A DNA stretch of 61,797 bases, counting the filler, from Gonapodya sp. JEL0774 (lineage: Eukaryota): NCBI GenBank assembly GCA_027604505.1. It is 19 parts of 19 records of this genome, joined end to end, with 100 filler letters (N's around TTAATTAATTAA, not from the genome) between each part and the next. Parts side by side here need not be neighbours in the genome. Positions count along the whole stretch, not along the records: positions 26,113 to 29,272 come from JADIIX010001437.1; positions 29,373 to 32,532 come from JADIIX010001438.1; positions 32,633 to 35,792 come from JADIIX010001439.1; positions 35,893 to 39,049 come from JADIIX010001440.1; positions 39,150 to 42,305 come from JADIIX010001441.1; 14 more parts are not named here. One strand, given 5' to 3'. The translations under genes and the position numbers were made by a program. A model generated the notes under the pieces. The model worked only from the letters and a program-made list of their open reading frames with translations, was not told the origin of the DNA and did not search any database. This document shows, piece by piece, positions 26,698 through 39,643 of this stretch (position 1 is its first letter; each line of letters starts with the position of its first letter).

Positions 26698-28435
26698 ATG
26701 TCCTCCCTCCCACCCACTCCCCCCGACTTCCTCTCCCTCCTTCTCTCGCCTCCCACCCTCCCCTCCTCCATCCTCCGTTACCTCCCCTCCCTCCCTCTCC
26801 CCCTCCCCGCCCCCTTACTCCACCACATCCCGACCATCCTCCTCTCCTTCCTCACCGCCACCGTCGTACACACCGTGGTCGCCCCGTGGGCGTCTCGGAG
26901 GGCGTGGTTCGGACTGGATTTGGGAAAGTGGTACGGCAAGTTGGACGCGAGGCAGAAGGTGGATTGGGAGAGTCGCTGGCCGAGTCAGGTGTTTTGTTGG
27001 TGGGTGTTTTGGGGGATGCCAGGCGCGGGGGGAGGGAGGAGGGGGGGGAAGGGGGGGGGGGTCTGGCTTCGTGTTGCGGTGCCCTCACCCCACCCCTTCC
27101 CTCCCCCGCAATCCCGCACACCACAAGCTTCATCGTCCCCTACGTCCTCCCATGCCTCTGGGACGCCAACCTCACGTCCGACATGGTGTTTGGATGCAGT
27201 CCGCGGGCCGGGACGGCGGCGGGGTTGGCCGTCGGGTAGGTTCCCTTCCCATTCCCATTCCCTTCCCTTCCCTTTCCCTTCCCTACCCGCCTCACCACCC
27301 TCCCTCGCTCACCCATAGCTACTTCCTCTACGACACCCTTCTCACCGTCCTCCACCCCGCGGTCTACGGTCCGGGCTTCGTGGCCCACGCGGTGCTGTGT
27401 CTGGCCACCTTCACGACGGCCTTGTCCGGAGAGAGGGGGTTCTTGTTGGGATGGGCGCCGTGGGTGTTGGCGTGGGAGACGTCGGTGGGTTAGGCTGGGT
27501 TGGGGGTGGGGGGGGGAAGGGGGGTGGTGTGGTGGTGGTTGGCCGCCAGTGGGGATCTCCGCGTGCCCGTGTGCGGTGTAGCACGTGGGGTGTGGTGGTG
27601 GTTGCCGCCCAGTGGGGATCTCCGTGTGCCCGTGTGCAGTGCTGCACCGGGAAACCTCTTTCTTACACCGCGCCGACTTGCATCTTCTCGATCCTACTTG
27701 ACCCACTCGCACCTCCCCCGCCCGCTCCACTCAAACTCCGTCAGACCATCTTCCTCAACGCCTCCTACTTCCTGGACAAGACGGGCCGCACCGGATCCCC
27801 CGCGCAAGCCGTGACGGCTGGTCTCCTGCTCGTGTCGTTTTTCGCGACAAGGGTGGTTGGGGGGACGTATATAGGGTGGAATGTGCCTGGTGAGTTTGAG
27901 CGGGCGGGTTGGATAGGGGAGTGCGGTAGGAGTTCATGGGGCCGTGGTGTGGTACTTTTCGTGTCGTGTGTGGCGGATGCCGTCGATCGGGTGCATCGGG
28001 TACTAGTTCCGCCATCACGTGCCTTTGCACATCGACCTGCCCGGCCCTCTCTTGTGCCCCATCGTGATGCATCATCTCTCCCTTCTTCACATACATACTG
28101 ACTTACCATCACTCCCACTGGCCACCCCATCCGTCACCCCAACCACCACCTTCCACCTCCCCCAATCCATCCAAGCCCTCCTGTACGCCCACCGCGACAG
28201 AGTGTCCCCCGTGGTCTCTTTGACGATCGCCGTGACGTGTCCCGGCTTGGTGGGGCTGCAGTACTACTGGTTTTACAAGATGGTGGGGGCTGTGAGGAAG
28301 AGGTTCGTGAAGGGGGATGGGGGTGTGGGGAAGGAGGGGAACGTCGAGGGGGAAGGGGTTGAAGGGGAGGGTGGCGAGGGCAAGGGAAAGGCGGATGGGA
28401 AAGGGAGAGCGAACGGCGAAGTGAAGGAGGAGTGA
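26698..28435 (+). CDS. TLC (TRAM/LAG1/CLN8) domain membrane protein, TMEM56/TDA4-like, about 5 exons
   Basis: YGKLDARQKVDWESRWPS; AVG|YFLYD; GFVAHAV; WETS|TIFLNASYFLDK; LLVSFFATRV; LQYYWFYKM. Confidence 0.9.
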
Positions 28436-28881
28436 AGAGTCCTGCAGGGGTGGTCGCCAGACCAGTGGGGTGTGGAATGTCGATGGATGCGGACTGTCAG
28501 TGTAAGTCTATTCTTTAGTATGTATTTTGAACCCTGCACGTGAATGGGGGTGTTAGAAGGTGGGGTGAGACTGGGGCAACAGCCAGACTTGATCAACAGA
28601 CTCTGCGCATGATGATGGCATGGGAATAGACAGACACACAATAAATGCCGTTCTTAACAAGTATATAGGGTCAATGTGATTGATCCGTGTGGGGTGTTGT
28701 GCATATGAAATCGAACAGAGTTATGTAACCTAACCCGATCGATCCCACGGCCGTGGCATCAAAGGGGGAAAGGACAAAAGGAATCGAATCCTGCACCAAC
28801 AAATCCGAACACGGATTTCCCCTCTTTCCGACCGACGCAGACGCAGACGCGGACTCGCCCGAGCCAACATCGTCATAGAAT

Positions 28882-29272
28882 ATGCCCCTTCAGTCGTCGC
28901 TGTCTCCCATGACGTCACTTGACCCTGTGTCGTGGTCGTGGCTTCTTCCCTCCTCCCGCTCCCTCGCTCCACTCTCCCACCTGCTGTCCTCCCTGCTGAG
29001 GCCCCTCGCATCCCTCTCTTCCTCTCTTCCCTCTCTCGTTCCGCAATCACTGCGCCTCAACGCTCTCCCGCCTCACCTGCCCGCTCTTCTGCTCTCTTTC
29101 TCTGCCGCCGTCATCATCAGAACCGTCGTCGCTCCAGCTCTCTCCACATCCACCAATCTGCTGCGCACTGGTGTCGATGTCTCAAAGTACTACAGCAAAC
29201 TCGACACCAGACAGAAAAAAGACTGGCTGTCTCGGTTCCCCTCTCAGGTCTTCGCTCTGTACGTCGTCACTC
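28882..29272 (+). CDS. Second TLC-domain paralog, 5' part, truncated (start could be 28909)
   Basis: HLPALLLSF...YYSKLDTRQKKDWLSRFPSQV matches the upstream gene's N-terminus. Confidence 0.85.
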
Positions 29273-29372
29273 NNNNNNNNNNNNNNNNNNNNNNNNNNNN
29301 NNNNNNNNNNNNNNNNTTAATTAATTAANNNNNNNNNNNNNNNNNNNNNNNNNNNNNNNNNNNNNNNNNNNN

Positions 29373-30037
29373 TGATGTTCGATACATTTTCAAACCTCGC
29401 GAACCAGTACACTGTCTATCGAGAGCGAGTTGTTCTGGATCGATCCATTTCCTTTAAAGATCGGAAGATGCTCAAGAAGCATCACGATTATTTCCTGTCC
29501 TTCACACACCTCTTTCTGAATCGGCACATTATCCACCCCAAACAAAAAATCTATTTTCATCCACCTCATCATGTTGTATCTCACAATAACTACACTACAG
29601 ACACCATACTAGAAAAAGCGTGCCGGAGCGGACACGTGCACGTGGTGCGGGCACTTCTTGATTCGGATAATTCAGGAATAGCGCCGTCTGATCTGGGAAA
29701 AGCATTTGTGGCAGCTGTGAGCTGCGGATGCATCGACGTTGTCAGGCTCCTTCTCTCCCGTGGCGTGGTGGTCACTGAGCCTATGGGTGGGACTTCCCTT
29801 CTTAAACTCGCCATCGGAAGCGGGCGGGTTGGGTATCCATCTGTACAGATGTTCCGGACTTTGTTGAGAAGTGTGGATTCTTCCAGCGCGGCATCTGTGA
29901 AACGATTTTTGGATAAGGTGGAAGTGAGTGGTGCCCCGGTGGTGTGGATGGTGGTTCGGTACCACCGGTGGATGGCCGATCGATCACGGGCAATGTGCAT
30001 CTCAGAAGTTGGACTGGAAACCGAGAGCACGGCTTGA
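29373..30037 (+). CDS. Ankyrin-repeat protein, C-terminal part (tandem paralog 1), intronless in this stretch
   Basis: LEKACRSGHVHVVRALLD, AAVSCGCIDVVRLLLSRGV; colinear with 31129-31730. Confidence 0.85.
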
Positions 30038-30315
30038 TCTGAGGACGGTTAACCCGGCTAAACTTTGAATGTGCTAACATATATATCTGAAGAAGACGGT
30101 TTCCCGTTCGCGTTTTCAATATTTTGTTCTTGGAAATGGTTGAACAACTCAAAATCATCCTTCGCCCAGTCGTGGCCGCGGCCATGAGTCCGGCGTGATT
30201 GACCATAGAAGCACCACTAGAGTTGACCCCCCTAGTATGTTCATCTGATTCTTGGCCGATTGCGTAACTAACTGGATCGGATTCACAGAATTACAAATGC
30301 GTCATTTTTATTGGT

Positions 30316-31878
30316 ATGCTGTGGACACGTCCATGGACACACAATCACGAAGCCGACTTCTGCTGGGATGTCTGGCTGAAAATCGAGTCAGACGAGACCG
30401 AGCGTCGCGCGTTCGCAATGCAGACGCTTTCCCATCTCCGTTGGAAGCTCCAACGTCAAATTCGCAGGACGCTCGTACGATCGACCAGTTCCCGGTTCTG
30501 TCAACTCCCGGTCGAAATCATCCTCTCGATCCTCCATTACTTCCCCAATTTTCGACTCGGTCTTCCTGTCGGAGCCATAACACGCGATCTTCTGCCGGCC
30601 CTCCGCTCCCCCGATCTCGTTGCATCCCGAGCTATTCGAAAGTTCGGGACTCCTCAACTCGCCCTGGTAATGGAATGTCAGCGAAATCCTCCCGATCGAC
30701 CCGTCATCGTGGCCATAATTGATTGCTGTGGGAAGCAGTGGCACCAAAGTACCATTCCTTATCGTTTCAGGTTGAGTCACAAGTGGAAACGACCGCTGGA
30801 CTGTTTGATGTATTCTTGGGGATGCTGGGACATTTTACCGCTCTTTTTCTCCGCAGAAGTTATCATACCAGATCAGGTCAAGTGCTACATTACCCACGAA
30901 ATTGTTCTGTCACCTAAAGGCGAGGACGTTCTCAAAGCCATCTTATCTGTCATCCGAATCAACCATCCAGTCGGCTTTGAGGATCCCAAACGTTTATGGC
31001 GTGGATTATGGTGTGGATTGGAATTCTCGTGTCTCTATGAGAACAAGTACATCGGAGCCGCCGAACTCATTCTGGATGCAATGTTAGAGCGTCATGGCAG
31101 CCTATCTGACTTTTCGTTCAGGGATTCGATGTTTGACATATTTGCGAGTCTCGCAAAAGATTACGCTGTCTATCGGGAGCGAGTGGTTCTGAACCGCTCC
31201 CTATCCTTGAAAGATCGCAAGATGTTCAAGAAGCATCACGATTCTTTCCCGACCTTCACACACCTCTTTCTGACTCGAAACGTCATCCACGCCAGGCAAA
31301 GAATCCAGATTTTCCCACTTAATCGCATCGTGAGTCGCAACCCCTACACGTCGGACACCATACTCGACCTAGCGTGCCGAAGTGGACACGTTGAGGTGGT
31401 GCGATTGCTTCTGGATTCGGATTCAGGAGCGACGCCGTCCGAACTGGGAAGATCCTTTATAGCCGCTGTGAGCCGTGGATGCATTGAAGTGGTCGAGCTC
31501 CTTCTGTCACGTGGTGTGGTGGTCACCGAGCCAATGGCTGGTACTTCCCCTCTTCAACTCGTGATCCGAAGCCGGCGGCATGGGTATCCGTCCCTGCAGA
31601 TGCTCCGGATTTTGTTGAGTAATGTGGATCCTTCTAGTGCGGAGTCTGTGGAACGAGTTTTGGAAATGGTGGACGTGAGCTGGGGCGCGCCTGCGGTGTG
31701 GATGGAGGTTCAGCGCAGAAGGTGGAAAGGTGTTGGATCAGCCACACAGAACGTGGACTGGAAATCGAGAGTACTAGGACAATCACGCGGCAGGTCATGC
31801 GTTTTGAATGACGAAGTGGATTTTCTGTGGCGTTCGAGTGACGAAATTTTAAGGCGTGGGTCCGGACTGGCACAGTGA
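30316..31878 (+). CDS. F-box-like + ankyrin-repeat protein, intronless (start may be the Met at 30418)
   Basis: FCQLPVEIILSILHYF (F-box-like LPxEI); LACRSGHVEVVRLLLD and AVSRGCIEVVELLLSRGV ankyrin repeats; 520-codon ORF. Confidence 0.85.
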   Translation: MLWTRPWTHNHEADFCWDVWLKIESDETERRAFAMQTLSHLRWKLQRQIRRTLVRSTSSRFCQLPVEIILSILHYFPNFRLGLPVGAITRDLLPALRSPDLVASRAIRKFGTPQLALVMECQRNPPDRPVIVAIIDCCGKQWHQSTIPYRFRLSHKWKRPLDCLMYSWGCWDILPLFFSAEVIIPDQVKCYITHEIVLSPKGEDVLKAILSVIRINHPVGFEDPKRLWRGLWCGLEFSCLYENKYIGAAELILDAMLERHGSLSDFSFRDSMFDIFASLAKDYAVYRERVVLNRSLSLKDRKMFKKHHDSFPTFTHLFLTRNVIHARQRIQIFPLNRIVSRNPYTSDTILDLACRSGHVEVVRLLLDSDSGATPSELGRSFIAAVSRGCIEVVELLLSRGVVVTEPMAGTSPLQLVIRSRRHGYPSLQMLRILLSNVDPSSAESVERVLEMVDVSWGAPAVWMEVQRRRWKGVGSATQNVDWKSRVLGQSRGRSCVLNDEVDFLWRSSDEILRRGSGLAQ

Positions 31879-32694
31879 TGCTGTCGTGTCTCCCGTGGAG
31901 ATGTAATATTAAACGACGCTGGGTGGATTTTCTCGGTTTTGTTATCGTTTTCAGTGACAGTAAATCTGTGAATCTCAGAATCAGACAGACCGCATGGCGG
32001 CTCGGAGCGTTTCATTTTGAGCGTCCTGCAGACGCGTACGAGCACATCTTTTCCTCACCCGGTAACGGCTTCCTCACTATGCCGGGCCAATGCAGCGAGC
32101 GACCTCCATGAGCCCCACTCCACATCCCATTTCCATTGTTCGATGAATCTGTGGCACTCGCCGCATCGTCCGACGTCAACCGCCCGCTCAGGTCATCCCC
32201 ATCACCGTTTCTCCAGGATCCGAAATCTGCACGATTTTAATGTTGTTTGTTTGATGAAACAGATGTCGGGGATAAACACGCATGGGGAAAAACGATCTAT
32301 CTACGTTTAGGTTTCTGGTCTATACTTGATGTCCACTGGATCTGAATGCCAATGCCGGACTGTGTCGGCCCCCTTCCCCCTTCTCTTCTTCTCCTTCTCT
32401 CCCCCTTCAATTTTCCTCACCTCACCCCGCCCTCCACCCCGCACCGACGCACCCCGCCTAAATTTTCTTCGTGATCGGCCCCCCCATCGCCCTCCTACTC
32501 CCCTCCCTCCTGATCAACCTCTCCCTCAACTCNNNNNNNNNNNNNNNNNNNNNNNNNNNNNNNNNNNNNNNNNNNNTTAATTAATTAANNNNNNNNNNNN
32601 NNNNNNNNNNNNNNNNNNNNNNNNNNNNNNNNAAAAAGTAGCGACAATGGCATGATTTGTGCCAGAAAAGCATACAATAGCGATAGATCCACAC

Positions 32695-33683
32695 CTTTGT
32701 GAGCAATCGGACTCCTCCTTTGCTGGCGTTGTAGTGTGCAGTGAACGGCTCGGCGACAATTCCCTCCTATTGGGTTCAGCATGGAAGCCAATTATTCAAA
32801 ACTTATTTATCAGTTTTTTTTTTGAGATAGAGCACTGACTCACGATCGAGGAAAGATTTATGATGGACTTAGTCCTCTGAGATCAAGCCGGAAGCAACTC
32901 AGCGACCGAGAAACTCAGTAACTGGAGTCCGAATTTTGAGAACCAACCTCTGATTCATTCTTTTTCATTGACCGGATACCGTGCTTCACCCCTCTTTTGG
33001 AGATGATTCAGATCAGTATCATATACACAGACGAGTCGCGAACACAACTCTCACGTACAAAAATGTTCCGTCAAGATTTACCGCTATCATGCGCTTCCAA
33101 TCCGAATATTCGAGATCTTCGAGAGCGGGGTAGCCGTATCCGATTCCTGCTGAGTTGACTAAGATATCAAGAGGACCTCCAAATGCCCTCTCAGACCTGT
33201 GCATCGGTGCGGCACTTTAGTCCCACAGCTTTGTAATCTGAAACGCGCAACCGAATAGATGAGCGCTCACTCTTCAATGGCCTTGATCCAATCTTCTTCA
33301 ACTGTCACGTTGTGGGCGACGAAGATGGCTTTGGAGCCTGACAAAGGAGCCGTCGGCCAACTCCACTTCAACGAGGCGTCACGAAACGTACCAGCTCACC
33401 TAAGGCCTCGATTTTCGCGATTATTTCCACAGCTTTACTCTTTTGTACAGGGAGATCGGTGATGGCGACACCTTTGACACCCTCTGCAATCAATATTGAA
33501 AGTCAACATGATTCGGGCTTTCGAAAGCCCCCCAGAAGAGGGAAGAATGCCCTGATAGCACATACCCTTTGCAAAAGCGATCGCTGATGCAGCACCTATC
33601 CCAGACGCACCGCCTGAGATGAACGCTGGGAGATCATGAAAAGGTGTTTTTTCAACTCTTTTCAACACTTCAGTATGTACCAT
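32695..33683 (-). CDS. Classical short-chain dehydrogenase/reductase, multi-exon, 3'-truncated
   Basis: ISGGASGIG, LDILVNSAGI, AVNLDGTF, SIINLSSI, HYNASKGGV (YxxxK). Confidence 0.92.
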
Positions 33684-35892
33684 GAAAGACCAGGCGTTGA
33701 TGGCTCACCAATTTTGCCCGAGAGTCGACCGGCGCTTGTGGAAATCGTCATTTTGGCGATTGGGCAATCTTACTTGGTGATTGAGAATTGTTGTCGGGAA
33801 CAGTGTCCGAGGGCCGAATGGATGTGAGGGGGTGGATGAACAGATTAACCGGCGACCACAGAGATCGGACCCGCCTCCGCAAAAACGACAATTCTTCACG
33901 AGCTCAATAGACAACCGAAAACTACGCACCGCACCGGAATCACAAGACAAGTTTGCATCTTTCGTGGGGGTCTCTGCCCCATCGCAAGCGCCTTGCTTGA
34001 TATCCATTTCACAGACTCCAGCATCACATTGCATGTGCAGTTGCAATTATCATGCACAGGTAGTGTCTTCGGAGATTAAGACATTGCATTTCGTGCGTTG
34101 TCGCAGATTTGTGTTCCGGCAAGGATGATCGACGCAAGACCACGCAAATGGCTTGACTGTGGATCAACCACTACCAAGCGAGTGAGTAGCGACATCTTCC
34201 CCCCGGTTCTTTTCGCATCATTAGTGTTCCGACTGGACGGAACTTAGTTTATTTGCGTAGGCCGACTGGAATACTCATGAGTGATTACACTAAGATCAAC
34301 CATCCTTCGTCCGCAAAAATCGATGTGATCCGTCCAGTGCTCGGTCATCTGTTACAGCACAAACCTCAAATATGGGTTTCGGGTTGACGTAGTTTGTTGG
34401 CATTTACGCCGAAAGGTGCAGATCAGCACAAAGGCGCTGCAAGTACTATGAAGAGAGGATCGATCCCACCAACTAGATCGTGTAAGTCTGATTGACAATT
34501 CGGTCATATCATTTTCCCTCTTGTCCCACCCCCTGCAACTCTACTCCGCACGTCGTCAATGGAGTACCGAGACCCGTATTCGTGGATCAACCGTCGCCGT
34601 CTATCCGACATGATGGGACTAATAGGTCTGGACACGGCATGCCTGGAGGCTTCCATGGTTCGGGATGGAAGGTGAGTCGGGTCCGTTCAACCCCTTTCCC
34701 TGCCCACTTGCAACCTGTCCTCCTTGCGGCAACTCTAGTTCCGTCCCGGCGTTCCCTCTCCCTCTCGTTCCTGCATCACAGACCCAGCCCCGCCCAACTT
34801 TCTCCTGGACCGAACATTTTCGCGCCTTCCGTGGGTATAGGGGACTAGTAGGTCGTGGAGAATGCGCAGGTACTGTTGCACAATTCCTTGGAGCCAAAGG
34901 TGAGTGTCGGATCTCCGGAGGAGGACGGACTCGGATTGAACTCTCGTGTCTGCAATTTGAGATACCTTGAAGGATCAGGTTCAAGGACAGTGGAAGGTGT
35001 ACAGTGGACGGCTGAGAAAGGATGCAGAATGTACTAGATGATCACCGGACGCCAATTCAAGAATGGAATCGTCGCACGTAGGGTGTTTAACAAACGGAAT
35101 TCACAGTGAAACTCAGTCAGTAAGGTGCTTGACTACTCGTTTCTTTTTTTATGTTTGTGCTCACCTTCCCCCATCAACTTTCTCATCTCTCCTCCTCCAC
35201 CTGCCCGGCCTTTTCCCCCGCCGACTTTGCAGTACCCAGGTCTCCGCTCCTATACCACCAAGGACCCGTGCTTCTCCCTCCATGGACATCATCCCTCTCA
35301 GCCAGGTACTCGAGGTTGTGAGGACCCGACTTTTTGAAACGGTACCCACCGTCATCTTTTATGTATCAAGGTTGCGGGTGAGTTCACGATTCGCCGAGTT
35401 CGAATGTCTTCCGATAACGCAGCTTCACAGTCCTCTCTTTCAATCCGGTCCTCGATAGACACCACTCAATCACCTCCCTCTCCCGACGCTCCGACAACTC
35501 GACCGACCGCCTCTATTCCGTTCCTCGGTTTTGAAGCGATTCAGTCGGGTGGACGAGGACGTGAGAGGACGCCTGTCGGAACATGTTACCGGTTGACGAG
35601 TGAGTTCAGTCAGCCAGAAAGAACTGTGCAATCGAATCAGTCGACTGGATTACCGCCGAGTTCAGTGGTTGACTTTCCGTGCTCTGTGGCCAAGTAAGCG
35701 CATGAGTCAGGCCGCGGAGTACGACGGGACTTACGGGAAATATAGGAAAGTGTGATGGGGCGGATGAATTTGACACGATGACGAGGTACCATNNNNNNNN
35801 NNNNNNNNNNNNNNNNNNNNNNNNNNNNNNNNNNNNTTAATTAATTAANNNNNNNNNNNNNNNNNNNNNNNNNNNNNNNNNNNNNNNNNNNN

Positions 35893-37240
35893 AACGGGTT
35901 CCCCTACTCAATAGTGTGTTTGCGTCCTGGTTGCATTCTCTCTCTCCAACTGGCTCGTTCAATTTTATGGACTGTACCTGCTGTACTTCATCCTCGAGTG
36001 CTGGGCTGTCACAGGATGGAATTTGGTGTGCGCATACATGGCTGGGGTAAGTGGGATTTGCTATAAACGCAACTGTTTGAATTGTATTGATTCACTCGTG
36101 TCCTCGTTCAGTCTATCCCATACGCTAACGCTGCCTTCAATGTCAACTACTTCTGGGGTATTCTCCTCGCCGGCTGGTATATCTCGGACGATTACTTGTT
36201 CTCTCGTCCAGGTGGCAGCCTTTTCAAGTACTTCCTGATCTGGACTGCGTGAGTAGAATACCTTGCAAGATTGGTGACCGCGTCCTGTTCTAACGTATGT
36301 CGTCGGGTTCACGCACCTTTGGTTTCATACCGCCAGGTACCCTCGCGGTGTGTTCATTCCCATCATCCGTCACGAGTTCTTGGGTCAGGAGCAGTTCTGC
36401 ACGGAGGCGGAAAAGTTCAAGTTCGATCTCACCGGCATCACCATTGGCGGCATGAGTGACGCATCCCTCACCGTCACCAAGTCCGTCATTAACAACAAAA
36501 CTATCATCGACACTATCAACAGCTTTGGAAAGTGGCAACACGCCACGGAGGCGCAGAACGTCACCGTTAAGCAATTGTACTCGCTGGCCACCACCTTTTA
36601 CAACGCTTACGTGTCGCAAACCGTTCTGGCAAATGTCTCCGCCGCTGCTCTGCCTGCTCCTGCAAACCTTACCAAGCTCGTGGGTGTCGTTTCGGCGGAA
36701 GTAGGACGTGCAGCAGTGGCATTGGGTACCTATGCGATGGTGAATGTTGCTGATCCCAAAGCACTCAGTGACACATTAACTGGCCTTTTGACGGTGAGTG
36801 TGTCGAAGATCCGAAACAGAATCATCGCTGTGTGTTTCTGACGTGGTTCGATTGTAATGACACGGGTTAAGGCGAGCTCAATGATCGGTTTTGGCGACTT
36901 CCTCAATGTTCCGGCCAACAACCTCGGCCCCCAACCGACTTGCTTCTACGGAACGGGCTACGACTTCCTCCTCAACGGTGTTAACCTGGCTCTTGAAGAA
37001 ACCGTCACTTCAGCAAACGGAACCGTGACCAAAGTCCCGGGCTTCGACGACGTGTCCAGGTCACCGTCTTACATTTACTTGCTTGACAATGTCGGGCAGG
37101 GTCTGCTGATGTTCGTGATCGGTGAGTCTATATCTTTCTCGCAGGAGAATCCATCCGACGAACATATACATAATGCAAATTGCGCGATTGTCAAAACAGC
37201 ATTCCTTTGCCTCAAGGGCTGCAACTTCCGGCAAAAGTAG
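35893..37240 (+). CDS. ABCG (ABC-2 type) transporter, C-terminal membrane domain, 5'-truncated
   Basis: Spliced: YGLYLLYFILECWAVTGWNLVCAYMAG|SIPYANAAFNVNYFWGILLAGWYI...LIWT|YPRGVFIPIIRHEFLGQEQFC, then a long extracellular loop and a final TM ending AFLCLKGCNFRQK*. Confidence 0.7.
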
Positions 37241-37258
37241 ATGGGGAGTCGGATCAAT

Positions 37259-38959
37259 TTATACCTGCATCTCATAGATCTTAGACTTGCCAGAGAAGAT
37301 CAAGACTAAGAACTCGTAGAGTAGATCAACATGCTTTGCTTCAAATAGATTCGAATTTTGCTTTGAGAATTTCTGAACAACACTAGGAGTCGTTATGTCC
37401 TGAACGAGGTCGGATCGGACCGTCTTGGTCACAATGGGTCGCTCGCATGATCGTTGGAGGAGGAGGATCATCTGGTGTGTGCCTTTGTTTTGTACTTGGA
37501 GTTTTCGAACTTCGATATTGATTTTCGGTGGTGGTGGTGGTGGTGCATTGCGCGGCGTCCGTGCCAAAACGTTATACTCACAGCCAAGAAGTCTTTCGAC
37601 GTCTCGTGGCGAGGACAATCCTACGGCACTCCGGATCTGAGATCCGGCACTGGACTCCTTTGAGTGACGAGTAGGGATGATATTTGATACGGAGAGATCT
37701 TGTAGTGCCACATATTGTCCCCATGTTTTTCAAAGACCGTTCTGCTTTTTGGTGTTCCCAAGTTGAAGTATAACCACTTGTCGGACGTGTGAGCATCTCC
37801 AAGAGTTTTCGGAAGCAAGAATGACAAAAACATTATATTCCAGCTGGTCCGCACAGAGCAGACCATACAACCAAAACGTTCTTTATTCAAATGACAATAC
37901 AATCAAGTAAGTACCAAGAAACAGACGTTCAACCTATTTAGAACATGTGAGAACTGAGAGTTCGTCGATCTGAGTTAGGATTTGGTCGTGTCTCACCGAA
38001 TTTATATCAAAACAACGTTGGAAGTAGGTTCAGTTGAGAAGAACAACTAGCAATGAAATTAATCCCCGTCCTGAGAGTGTCGTCAATCTTAGTGGGCAAT
38101 TAGCGTACAATCTTGACACTCGAGTGAACGCGTCTATGAATTGCGATACGAGTTGGGGGCAAGACGTGCTCGGTTGCGAGGAGAAATCGCGGTCTAAGAG
38201 TGAAATTAGGGAGGTCTGGAAGTGGCAAGTGGGAGATAGAGCTGGAATATGACTTGGATGCGAAAAGTGTTGAGGTAGTTGTGCAGTCAATCATATCATG
38301 GAACGCAGTCATGCAGACTGCGTGGGTTGGGAGCTGGTGGAGTTCACAGCGGCCATCAAATGATTATGGACGGAGTTGCTCGCATGGCTATTTTGTGGAA
38401 GAGGACTCGGTGGTCGCTGTCGTGAACTCATCGACTGGATCACTTTTGGTGCACGGAACCAAGCATTCTCGTTGTCGTCGAGGACCAATTGCGGCAGGCC
38501 TAATGTCGCATCAGAATATTCGATTCCATCCGATCGGGATTTTTGAACCTTGTAGAGGTCAATCAACCTCCCCAAATCCCGGAGGTCGAGGAGCAAACAG
38601 TTTCGTACCGAGGTCCATTCGATCCCGTCAGACCGACGAATAAGGTTGATTATAGCCTCCTCCGTCACATGAGTGGAGTCGAACACGACGTCACGGATCA
38701 TGCCTGTAGTCGAGGTACGACCTGTCCAGCTGCAAAGTCTCTGGAGAAACTCGCTGTAGTTGTCGTCTCCGAAACTGAAATCAGAGCGACCGACAAACTC
38801 GGAAAAGTCCAGCCGTTTCCAGACAACTGGAACGCTGATGTGTTGGCGTACTGAGCGGGAAGTGGACAGGCATCGGAGACGGGAGTGGATTGGAAGGATG
38901 TCCACGATGTGGATCAGAATCTCGAGAGACAGGTCCGCAAGCGTCATCGGGGGAGGCAT
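37259..38959 (-). CDS. F-box protein; downstream exon structure uncertain
   Basis: TLADLSLEILIHIVDILPIHSRLRCLSTSRSVRQHISVPVVWKRLDF is an F-box consensus, followed by an LRR-like segment (VTEEAIINLIRR..SVRNCLLL). Confidence 0.6.
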
Positions 38960-39643
38960 GGGGAGTTTTCCTTTGACGCCTTGTCACGATTCTCAGCTCT
39001 CGGCGGTTCTGGATTCGGACGCGGGCTGTTCCGAAAGGACAGCCGATCGNNNNNNNNNNNNNNNNNNNNNNNNNNNNNNNNNNNNNNNNNNNNTTAATTA
39101 ATTAANNNNNNNNNNNNNNNNNNNNNNNNNNNNNNNNNNNNNNNNNNNNGATTTTCAAGTGCAGAATGTAATTCTTGAGGAATCAAAACTTTGCGAATCA
39201 AATGCTAAATCTACTTCTCAAACTTCACCGCAAATGAACTTCCACCCCTCTCCTCCGGATCCCGTGATTCAGTTGGCCCGGACCCTGACATCGAGACAAC
39301 GGATTGTCTCCACAGAAGTAGCTGGGGTACACCTGGAAACGTTGCGGAGTGCGGCTGCAAAGGTGCTTGCAGGGCTGTGTTGGATAGATGCAAGGGTGTA
39401 TTAGGTGATGGTGGTTGGTTTGGCGGAGCATGAGACTAGGTAGTATGGGCAGGAACGTCTGAGTTCTCGTACTAAAAGTGCATTTCGTGGGAGGTATGAG
39501 AATCGAGGTCAGTAGGAAAGTGCGGGACGTGTGGTTGGGATACGTTAGTGCGGAAGAACGCGTTCTCTTCTTGTTGGTTCCTGTTTAGGTTTTAGTCGTG
39601 AGCTCCCATTGGCCGACTTTTTCTGCAGCGTCAGTTTGGAAAC

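Noticed and set aside
27530..27650. About 60-nt tandem duplication inside a TLC intron
   Set aside because: Only two copies with no spacer structure; an ordinary local duplication.
34400..35792. Scattered small ORFs and splice-like signals
   Set aside because: No coherent reading frame or recognisable motif.
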